64,000 nucleotides of DNA from an uncultured Melioribacter sp. (GTDB taxonomy: Bacteria; Bacteroidota; Ignavibacteria; Kapaibacteriales; Kapaibacteriaceae). Under the pieces are notes generated by a model. It saw only the letters and a list, made by a program, of their open reading frames with translations. It made no database searches and had not been told where the DNA came from. Below, one piece after another: positions 9,396 through 16,910 of this stretch. Each line of letters opens with the position of its first letter. Position 1 is the first letter of the stretch. The stretch is from contig CAZAGH010000002.1 in assembly GCA_964484755.1 (NCBI GenBank), positions 24,783 to 88,782 on the forward strand, given 5' to 3'. The position numbers and the translations under genes are program-made.

Positions 9396-10297
9396 TAACT
9401 TGCGCCATGCCGAATCACGTCTTTGCAGAGACTGAAGACGAGCTCACGTTTTCTACTCAGGGCAGTACATCATTTCACTATTCGTTCGGGTTCCTTCCAC
9501 GTGAAGAACGCGAGGCGATCAGGACTGTGTATGCCTTTGCGAGAAGAATCGACGACATCGTTGATGAAGATCCATCAGTTGATCCTGAGGTCATAACTCG
9601 CAAGCGTCAGCGCTTGCATTGGTGGCGCACGCAGATCGAAGCTATGTACGACCCCAATGCAGACGCATCTACTGCTGTCTCTGCGCTAGGTGCAGTCATT
9701 CGGCGATTTACAATCCCGAAGCAGTACTTTCTCACAATCATTGATGGATGTGAGCGCGACCTTGTGCAACACCGTTATTCAACCTTTGCCGAGCTAAAGG
9801 AGTATTGCTACTCCGTTGCCTCAGCAGTTGGCTTGATAAGCATTGAGATCTTTGGCTACAAGCATGAACAGACCAGACAGTATGCCATACATCTTGGTTA
9901 TGCGTTGCAGCTGACGAATATCCTTCGTGATGTCAAGGCCGACAAAGACCGCGGCTACATCTATATTCCGCAAGAAGACCTCGAGCGCTTCAAACTTACC
10001 GAGGCAGACATCTTTAACGAAGTCTACGATGAGCGCTTTATATCGATGATGGAGTATCAAGCAAAACGAGCACGAGAGTATTATCATCATGCTCGGGCAC
10101 TGCTTAGGCCCGATGAGCGTTTAACGATGGTGGCTGCCGAGATCATGGACGCCATCTATTACCGGTTACTTGATAAAATTGAGCTCAATGACTTCAACGT
10201 TTATGAAAAGAAGATCCGCGTCAACACCCTGCACAAGGTTATTACTGCCCTACGGATCTGGCTTGGATCAAAACTGTTTGTCAAGCGCTTGAGATAA
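9359..10297 (+). CDS. squalene/phytoene synthase family protein (HpnD/CrtB-like)
   Basis: YAFARRIDDIVDED and LTNILRDVKADKDRGYIYIP supply both Asp-rich motifs. 312 aa. The true start is probably the internal Met near 9407, which removes the overlap with the upstream paralog. Confidence 0.65.
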   Translation: MDIAASSVSNSVVTCAMPNHVFAETEDELTFSTQGSTSFHYSFGFLPREEREAIRTVYAFARRIDDIVDEDPSVDPEVITRKRQRLHWWRTQIEAMYDPNADASTAVSALGAVIRRFTIPKQYFLTIIDGCERDLVQHRYSTFAELKEYCYSVASAVGLISIEIFGYKHEQTRQYAIHLGYALQLTNILRDVKADKDRGYIYIPQEDLERFKLTEADIFNEVYDERFISMMEYQAKRAREYYHHARALLRPDERLTMVAAEIMDAIYYRLLDKIELNDFNVYEKKIRVNTLHKVITALRIWLGSKLFVKRLR

Positions 10298-10313
10298 TCT
10301 GTATTTTTGCCAC

Positions 10314-10787
10314 ATGAGTACTACATTCACCTCCGACGAGCTGGCCTCGATCAGCGCTCTCAAAGCCAAGTATCCAGAACCAAAAGCTGCCATCATGCCT
10401 GTGCTGTGGATGGCTCAGAAGAAGTGGGGCTGGCTATCTGAGGATGTCATGAAGGAAGTTGCCAACGTAATGGAGCTCCCTTATGCTCACGTCCTCGGTG
10501 TTGCATCGTTTTACACGATGTACTTCAAGAAGCCAATGGGTCGCCACCATGTACAAGTGTGTACGAATGTCAGTTGTATGCTACGCGGCGGCGAGTCCCT
10601 CTATAAGCACGCTCAGCAGCGTCTTGGTATTGGGCATAATCAAGCCACGGCAGATGGTAAGTTCTCACTTGAAGAAGTTGAGTGCATGGGTGCTTGTGGT
10701 GGTGCTCCAATGATCGCCGTCAACGAGACATTCTACGAGAACTGCTCACAACAGCAATTGGATGCTGTGCTTGATGCTTGCCACTAA
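10314..10787 (+). CDS. NuoE-like thioredoxin-fold [2Fe-2S] ferredoxin (NADH dehydrogenase 24-kDa subunit family)
   Basis: Cys ligands in ...HVQVCTNVSCMLRGGE... and ...ECMGACGGAPM..., the classic NuoE/HoxF N-terminal pattern. 157 aa. It stands alone; no nuoF or nuoG is nearby. Confidence 0.7.
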   Translation: MSTTFTSDELASISALKAKYPEPKAAIMPVLWMAQKKWGWLSEDVMKEVANVMELPYAHVLGVASFYTMYFKKPMGRHHVQVCTNVSCMLRGGESLYKHAQQRLGIGHNQATADGKFSLEEVECMGACGGAPMIAVNETFYENCSQQQLDAVLDACH

Positions 10788-10796
10788 TCATCGGTG

Positions 10797-11405
10797 TTAC
10801 TCGACAACTGTCGCAGTATTCTGATAGATCAATCGAAACGTAAGATTTATGCGCGGGCCATGTGCCCGCGTTTTTTTTTCTATACCGTGAAGCCAGTGTT
10901 GTTGTGTGGTCCCTTTCATCACGAGAACACTGCCCGAGCTCAGTGGTATGCGCACGGGTGCAATGTCCCGCCGTGTCTTATGCTTGAGCACAAATGTTCT
11001 CGTTTCGCCAAAGCTCATAGATACAATTGTTGGATTCGAACCTAGCTCGGGTTCATCGTCTGCGTGCAACCCCATGCTGTCGCGTTCATCGCGATAGAGA
11101 TTTGCTAACACAGAATTGAATCTTGCATCCGTGATCTCCTCAGCTATCGATCGAAGTTTGAGCAGTGTCGTGGTCCACGGCTTAGCGCAATAGATTCGTT
11201 TGGAGTACATGTACTCTACGCCGTCATCACCTAGGAACTCAAGCAGACGTGGCTGGTACATTGTCTTACCAAACATGGTAATCGTGTCCTGTCTCCATGG
11301 AATCTCTGTGAACAGTGCGTTGAAATAGTCTGTGCTGGAAAGGGGCGATGAGGCCCCCTCAAATAGAAAAATTTCAGCATCGGGTATTGTCAATTGTATC
11401 GACAT
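10797..11405 (-). CDS. alkB: alpha-ketoglutarate/Fe(II)-dependent dioxygenase AlkB (alkylated DNA repair)
   Basis: The 2OG-Fe(II) oxygenase facial triad is present (LHADDE ... HWLHGI), together with the C-terminal RINLTFR motif. The second in-frame Met at 11405 (MSIQLTIPDAEIF) is taken as the start. Confidence 0.8.
   Translation of the reverse strand: MSIQLTIPDAEIFLFEGASSPLSSTDYFNALFTEIPWRQDTITMFGKTMYQPRLLEFLGDDGVEYMYSKRIYCAKPWTTTLLKLRSIAEEITDARFNSVLANLYRDERDSMGLHADDEPELGSNPTIVSMSFGETRTFVLKHKTRRDIAPVRIPLSSGSVLVMKGTTQQHWLHGIEKKTRAHGPRINLTFRLIYQNTATVVE
10851..10880 (+). terminator. rho-independent terminator for the nuoE-like gene, embedded in the 3' coding end of convergent alkB
   Basis: GCGCGGGC-CATGT-GCCCGCGC hairpin followed by T9 on the plus strand. 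On the minus strand the same bases encode ...KKTRAHGPR... of AlkB. Confidence 0.55.
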
Positions 11406-11441
11406 AATGTAAATTGTCCACATCTATTCAGAGGAGTATTC

Positions 11442-12209
11442 ATGCCTACCCGCGTTCAACTTGGAGTGCGCCATCGTCAGATTCGTGAGTCTTTGCTCAA
11501 AATGACCGTCCAAGAATATGCAAAAATGATGGATGTCAAGGTACCTACTGTCTACTCCTGGGAATCGGGCCGTACATCTGTTCCACAGAACGTACTGGCT
11601 ACACTTGAAAAGCGTTACGGTATATCATCGGGGTGGTTATTGACGGGATATGGCACTCCAATGTTGCCATCACATGTCAGTATAGATCCTGCTACTCAAA
11701 CCAAGAAATCCGTCATGGAACGTCTTGAAGAACACATCATGACTATCAAGCAGCTTGTAGACGAGTTGAAGCATCACTCGCCAGAGGTGATCGCCCCTGC
11801 CCGGCGGGAAAAAGGTTCGAATAAACATCGTATACCAATGTTAGCGTTGGGTGTCAGCGCTGGCCTTCCTACGGCTTCTGATGATACTATAGAACGCGAG
11901 ATCGATCTTGCGGACATGTTGCTCGAACATCCAGAGAGCACATACTTCATTCGGGTCGTTGGCGACTCAATGACAGATGCAGGTATCAGCGATGGCGATA
12001 CGCTGATCGTAGACTGCGCTGTGCAGCCTCGGGCTGGTCAGATCGTGATTGCCAAGGTCTACGGTGAGCTCACTGTAAAGCGATACCTTCAGGTCGACGG
12101 CCGTCCAATTCTGCGCGCTGAAAATCGCCGGTACAAAGACATTGCTATCACTGCTGACATGGACTTTACAATCGTAGGCGTCGTCCGGAACTGTATTAAG
12201 AAGCTATAA
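11442..12209 (+). CDS. LexA-like repressor: HTH_XRE DNA-binding domain fused to S24 LexA/UmuD autopeptidase domain
   Basis: N-terminal VQEYAKMMDVKVPTVYSWESGRTSVP is an XRE-type HTH. C-terminal GDSM ... KRY match the S24 Ser/Lys dyad. GAGGAG RBS at 11431-11436 precedes the ATG at 11442. The track ORF start at 11394 is an upstream extension. Confidence 0.75.
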   Translation: MPTRVQLGVRHRQIRESLLKMTVQEYAKMMDVKVPTVYSWESGRTSVPQNVLATLEKRYGISSGWLLTGYGTPMLPSHVSIDPATQTKKSVMERLEEHIMTIKQLVDELKHHSPEVIAPARREKGSNKHRIPMLALGVSAGLPTASDDTIEREIDLADMLLEHPESTYFIRVVGDSMTDAGISDGDTLIVDCAVQPRAGQIVIAKVYGELTVKRYLQVDGRPILRAENRRYKDIAITADMDFTIVGVVRNCIKKL

Positions 12210-12214
12210 TAACT

Positions 12215-12236
12215 CTACATTTTGTATAATTGCATC
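12215..12236 (+). promoter_or_regulatory. conserved element CTACATTTTGTATAATTG immediately 5' of the imuB-like start codon
   Basis: 17 of 18 positions match the element at the dnaE2 start (16886..16903). See findings. Confidence 0.5.
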
Positions 12237-13220
12237 ATGCTTTTAGCGATGCAATTATACGGCACGTATACAGACGCGTATTGGGATGCACTTGTAGATC
12301 GTATACACATCTGCACGCCTCTGATCAGTCTACCCTGTAGAGGCAGATTATACTGTGGACTTGACGACATACATGGTCTACGTGAACTTGTCTTATCACA
12401 TAAACTCCAGGCAGCTGTAGCCAAAACACGTCATGATGCTCTGCTGCAATCATGCCAAGCGACAAAGGGCCGAATTGATGCACATGATGGTTCGGATGAT
12501 GTACCGGTTTCGGTCCTGAAACGTATTATCGAGCTTGAGATCCAAGATCATGATATCGAGCGTCTTACCCTTTTCGGACTCTACACCATAGGTAGCCTCA
12601 GATCACTCACAGAACGCCACCTCTCAGCTCAGTTTGGTCATCGTGGAACAAAGCTCTACCAATTCCTGCACGAATACGATGATTCGCCACTGCCGTTCTA
12701 CATACCAGCACCATCAATAATTGTAGCTGAACGCTATGATGATGCACAGCAAGAGCCAGGGCCAATTTTTGAGTCATTAGAGCGCTCTGCACATCGTGCA
12801 TGCACATTACTTGGAACGCGATCTACTTGGCGTATAGAAGTCGCATGCCTTGATAAGGCAGATCAGCCTATGGCAGTGCGCGAACGTATTCTTCGATCAG
12901 GCTGCAATCTAGTCCAACAACTACTCACACACCTGCATGCATTGACACGCGACCTTCTGAAGCAGTCAAGACAGTGGTGGGGATTGCGCGTACGATTGGC
13001 TTCATTGGCACTGCCTGTAGCAGAACAAACTGCCCTGTTCTTGCCAGTAAAAGGTGCTCAAGATGTAGCACGTGAAATGATTCCACGCTACGGGCATGTC
13101 ATGAGAAAGATCACGATTCATAACCCATGGTCTATCATTCCAGAGGAGTATGCAAGCTGCACACCTATGATGCAGAGGACTATTGAAGGATCCTCAAGTT
13201 CAGGAGAGGAGCAGCAATGA
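12237..13220 (+). CDS. imuB: ImuB-like Y-family polymerase homolog (catalytically degenerate)
   Basis: The N-terminus MLLAMQLYGTYTDAYWDAL aligns with the ImuB LWLALHLP...LEAL entry. The DMDxFF catalytic Asp/Glu motif of active DinB/UmuC is absent. The thumb/HhH region ERLTLFGLYTIGSLRSLTERHLSAQFG is conserved. It is positioned with lexA-like and dnaE2. At 328 aa it is shorter than typical ImuB. Confidence 0.55.
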   Translation: MLLAMQLYGTYTDAYWDALVDRIHICTPLISLPCRGRLYCGLDDIHGLRELVLSHKLQAAVAKTRHDALLQSCQATKGRIDAHDGSDDVPVSVLKRIIELEIQDHDIERLTLFGLYTIGSLRSLTERHLSAQFGHRGTKLYQFLHEYDDSPLPFYIPAPSIIVAERYDDAQQEPGPIFESLERSAHRACTLLGTRSTWRIEVACLDKADQPMAVRERILRSGCNLVQQLLTHLHALTRDLLKQSRQWWGLRVRLASLALPVAEQTALFLPVKGAQDVAREMIPRYGHVMRKITIHNPWSIIPEEYASCTPMMQRTIEGSSSSGEEQQ

Positions 13221-13453
13221 AAAGTATTCATGAGCCCATAGACGTTGCACAGCAACAACAAACACCGTACATGATCTGTTGGCGTGGGGGGACGTACGCT
13301 GTCGAGCGCATCATTGATTCATGGACTAGTCGCGGACCATGGTGGGGCAACGACGAGATCCGGGGCTACGTACTACTGATCACCAGTTCAGGGGTGATGG
13401 AGATCTATCACAGCAATATTCGCGGATGGATGCTTTCTCGAATGTATGACTAA
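13217..13453 (+). CDS. 78-aa hypothetical protein, translationally coupled to the imuB-like gene
   Basis: The ATG overlaps the imuB TGA as ATGA. Trp-rich (ICWRGG ... GPWWGNDE ... RGWML). No recognisable family. Confidence 0.4.
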   Translation: MKSIHEPIDVAQQQQTPYMICWRGGTYAVERIIDSWTSRGPWWGNDEIRGYVLLITSSGVMEIYHSNIRGWMLSRMYD

Positions 13454-13468
13454 GCTCGATGCAGCTGA

Positions 13469-15955
13469 TCACGATGAATACTTCATACTCACCATGTTGG
13501 CCATGAGCTTCATCGCACCAACAACTCCTACAGGGAGCTGACGAAACAGTGACAAGGATGTGTAAATAAAGTTACCCTTGCCATATCGCGTGTGCAGTAT
13601 GGTTCCTCGCTGCGGCATCTCACCTGTATCATGCATTTCGAGCAACTCAGAGTATCTGGCATCGTATGGACCTGGATTGTAGACTGAACGCTCCTGAACC
13701 CATCCAGCGAAATCTGATGTCGTAATACGATTCGGATACTGCAAGAGCGGATGCATTGGAAGTAAAATGGAAACCTCGGCATCTTCTTCGGTAACACGAT
13801 TCCGCGATATCGTGAGTGGATATGGGGCTATATCAGTAGTACTGAGATCCTGTAATGTGTTGTATTGCATCACGAGTGTGCCTCCCTGCTCTACATACCT
13901 GAGCAATGATGGCATCAGATACTTCATACTCTTACGAGTGTTGATGACACGTATACCGAGCACGAGAGCATCATACGAGAGCAGCTCGGTAGTACGCAAC
14001 AGCTGGTCATCCGTGATTTCATCAACAACTACACCAAGACCACGTAAGAATTCCGGCGTTGACTCTCCAGCACCTGACAGGTAGGCAACTTTCTTTGCTG
14101 CAACCTTGATTGGTTCACTGATCACACGAACGGCAGCAGGTTGCAAATACTGCAACGTTGGAATGTGGTCGTAACTGATTGTAACAACCGTCCTATCGTG
14201 GATAACAGACCCTATCTGAAGCCCTACGCGTAAATCGGTCGTATACGACGTCGACACATCGATTGAAACAAGCGTATCAGTCTGCGCTCGCAGGCGTATT
14301 CCATCAAGCCGAGCAAGAGTACGCTCACCATCCTGAACAAGAAGCGAAGCCGATTCGACAGTACCATAGGCACGTATTCGTACAGAAATCGGTGCCTTGC
14401 CTGATGTCTGATAGACAACTGCCCTTGTAGGCTCGATGCTCACCACCGGTACTATGCGCAGTTCTTCAATGACATCGCCCTTGAGCGGGTCGAGCTTTTT
14501 GAAACTAACAGGCAGCGACAACACGAACGTCTCATAGCCAATGGTCATGATTACTGGAACTTCAAGAACCGGTGCACTAATGGAAGTTCCTAGTAAGAAC
14601 TCTGAAGAAAGACGAAACAGGCCGCCGGCGGGATCTTGTTCGAGCCAGTATGGCTGGCTAACTGCTGTACCATAGGGTACGGTAAATCGGGCCTCTGCGA
14701 TATGGGTAGAATCGTTCACACATGAGAAACCATCGATGATTGCACCACCAGGTAGGGATATCGGCAAAATGGATACAGACCTTCCGGCACGTGTTGTAAA
14801 TCGAATGGTAGCTCTGGCAGTGTCACCACTCGTCATGATCGGCATTGGTACTGATACATCCGCGGTAAGTCCGATGCAAGACGTGATAATCTTGTCGATC
14901 TCCTTGATCTTCAGCTGGTTCCAAAAAGGATCCCTTACTTCGTTGATCTTTCCGCGTATGTTTAGAAGTTTATCAAGTGATCGATGTGGCGCAAGCATAT
15001 CATAGGTTGCGATCACCGAGTCAATTGCTGCACCGATTGAGGTTGCACCAATACGATTCCACGTTGTATCGATACCGTCAAACAAACTGCGTTGCGGTGC
15101 ATCACCAACAAGGGTCTCAAAATACTCCGGCTGAACACCTGGTGTACTTGGCGTCCCAGCCCCCTGACTTCTATGAATGCTGCGACTGATTCCAGCCAGT
15201 TCGCCATATCCCATGCCAAGCAACGGATCGTATTGTCCAACGTCGATCTTGAACATTCCTGGTTTGATGGTGCTGCGATTACCGAAGCGAAATGCATTGA
15301 AGAGCAATCTTTTAGGCTTCCACGGCTCTTCTCCGGTAACTATGGGATTGGCACGCAGAATAGAATCGACACGGTCTTTGCTTTCCTTTGAGAGTGTCGA
15401 TACTCCATAACAATAGCGCACGGCCTCTTCGGTGATGATTGCTGAAGCACTGTGCTGACCATGCCCTGCCATGCTATCCTTAGGGAAACGGCATATCACG
15501 ACGTCGGGCCGAAACTCTCGAATCACGCGCACAACATCTGCGATGAGAATCACACTATCCCAGTGTTGAAAGGTCTCTTTCGGATTCTTTGAAAACCCAA
15601 AATCAAGTGCACGTGAAAAGAACTGTTCTGCACCATCAAGCTTGCGTGCAGCAAGCAACTCATGTGTACGTATGAGTCCAAGCGCAGCCCCCTGCTCTGA
15701 ACCGATAATGTTCTGTCCTCCATCTCCACGTGTGAGTGAGAGATATCCTGTCCTGATGTTACGTCCATTTGCTAGCCACGAGAGAAGTCGTGTATTCTCA
15801 TCATCGGGATGAGCTGCAACGTAGAGCACCGATGTCATTGATCGAAGCTGTTGCAGCTTACCATAAATTCTGGATGACGGTAAGGGGCGTATCTGCTGAG
15901 CAGATACCGTTACGACGCAGCAAACGCCAATCAGTGCAGTGAGCAGTGTGTGCAT
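13469..15955 (-). CDS. large PIG-L/LmbE-family deacetylase (Bacteroidetes ~830-aa type)
   Basis: Signal peptide, then VLYVAAHPDDENTRLLSWL (PIG-L AHPDDE motif). 828 aa. Confidence 0.65.
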   Translation of the reverse strand: MHTLLTALIGVCCVVTVSAQQIRPLPSSRIYGKLQQLRSMTSVLYVAAHPDDENTRLLSWLANGRNIRTGYLSLTRGDGGQNIIGSEQGAALGLIRTHELLAARKLDGAEQFFSRALDFGFSKNPKETFQHWDSVILIADVVRVIREFRPDVVICRFPKDSMAGHGQHSASAIITEEAVRYCYGVSTLSKESKDRVDSILRANPIVTGEEPWKPKRLLFNAFRFGNRSTIKPGMFKIDVGQYDPLLGMGYGELAGISRSIHRSQGAGTPSTPGVQPEYFETLVGDAPQRSLFDGIDTTWNRIGATSIGAAIDSVIATYDMLAPHRSLDKLLNIRGKINEVRDPFWNQLKIKEIDKIITSCIGLTADVSVPMPIMTSGDTARATIRFTTRAGRSVSILPISLPGGAIIDGFSCVNDSTHIAEARFTVPYGTAVSQPYWLEQDPAGGLFRLSSEFLLGTSISAPVLEVPVIMTIGYETFVLSLPVSFKKLDPLKGDVIEELRIVPVVSIEPTRAVVYQTSGKAPISVRIRAYGTVESASLLVQDGERTLARLDGIRLRAQTDTLVSIDVSTSYTTDLRVGLQIGSVIHDRTVVTISYDHIPTLQYLQPAAVRVISEPIKVAAKKVAYLSGAGESTPEFLRGLGVVVDEITDDQLLRTTELLSYDALVLGIRVINTRKSMKYLMPSLLRYVEQGGTLVMQYNTLQDLSTTDIAPYPLTISRNRVTEEDAEVSILLPMHPLLQYPNRITTSDFAGWVQERSVYNPGPYDARYSELLEMHDTGEMPQRGTILHTRYGKGNFIYTSLSLFRQLPVGVVGAMKLMANMVSMKYSS

Positions 15956-15974
15956 AGGTAGTGTTTTCGGTGAC

Positions 15975-16811
15975 TTACTTCAATGTCTTGAGCAGATCGT
16001 TGGCATACTTTGTGTACTCGGCTTCCGCTGATGTACCCTTTGCCAATTCGATAGTCTTCTGTGCCGCCTCGCGTGCAACATCAACATTGTTGAGTTTAGC
16101 TGCGATGCGCGCGCGAAGCAACTGGATCCAATAAGCCTTAGGGTTCTTCTCTGCGGCCTTAGTAGCGTATTCAAGAGCTTTGTCAAGTTGCTGATTCGTT
16201 TCATAGAGATACGATGCAGCTGGTTGATATGGGATTGTTGGATTGTTGATAGCTTTATCGATGGAAGTGAGCAGACGTTCCTGGTTACTGATCGCTACCG
16301 GGATTGATACATGCGTCTTTTCCCATGCAAGGTCGATGGTGCATGATGAGAATGCGATTGAACCGATTGAGATAGTAAAGGTCTCTACTGCTGACTCTAG
16401 TGCAACTGGTCGAACTTTTAGGCGGACAACATCATCTTTTGTGTCGTATCCAGTGGCTCCCCAATTACCGGTGTTCTTGTTGATGATTACTTCCCATTCC
16501 GACTTATCAGGTATTGTGTAGAGCGAATACGATCCAGCCTTGATATTCACACCGCCAATACGAACATCTTCACCAAAGGTGACCTTTGTGGCCGAGTTTG
16601 CTCCTGTGCGCCAGACAGTACCAAATGGAACAACATCTCCGAAGATTGTTCGACCACGCATCGAAGGCCTGCTATACACGATCTCGATCTTAGAAGTTGA
16701 TATGTCTTGAATGATCGTTGCGTTGGGACTCAGCGCTGGTAGTTTGAGTTCTTGTGCCGCAGTGACCTGAACGGCAAAAACAACGCAGAGAAGAAGATAT
16801 ACGTACTTCAT
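15975..16811 (-). CDS. DUF2911-like secreted protein with C-terminal TPR-like helical region
   Basis: Signal peptide; the 278-aa size and beta-rich region fit the DUF2911 family. Weak family-level call. Confidence 0.4.
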   Translation of the reverse strand: MKYVYLLLCVVFAVQVTAAQELKLPALSPNATIIQDISTSKIEIVYSRPSMRGRTIFGDVVPFGTVWRTGANSATKVTFGEDVRIGGVNIKAGSYSLYTIPDKSEWEVIINKNTGNWGATGYDTKDDVVRLKVRPVALESAVETFTISIGSIAFSSCTIDLAWEKTHVSIPVAISNQERLLTSIDKAINNPTIPYQPAASYLYETNQQLDKALEYATKAAEKNPKAYWIQLLRARIAAKLNNVDVAREAAQKTIELAKGTSAEAEYTKYANDLLKTLK

Positions 16812-16885
16812 GGGGCTTGCTTTATGGATGATGAATAGTGGCGTAGAAACGATGCGAAACTACGAGAAGTTTCGCGCATAGGTCT

Positions 16886-16910
16886 CTACGTTTTGTATAT
16901 TGTTTATACA
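16886..16910 (+). promoter_or_regulatory. conserved element CTACGTTTTGTATATTG plus perfect palindrome TGTATA-TTGTT-TATACA overlapping the dnaE2 ATG
   Basis: Palindrome at 16894..16910. Its last A is the A of the start codon. It shares CTACRTTTTGTATAWTTG with the imuB upstream element. Confidence 0.55.

Noticed and set aside
12215-12236. Interpreting the TTTTGTATAWTTG element as a Bacteroidetes sigma-A promoter (-33 TTTG / -7 TAnnTTTG)
   Set aside because: The TTTG and TAnn-TTG parts are adjacent rather than ~20 bp apart, so the geometry does not fit that promoter model. Retained as a candidate operator instead.
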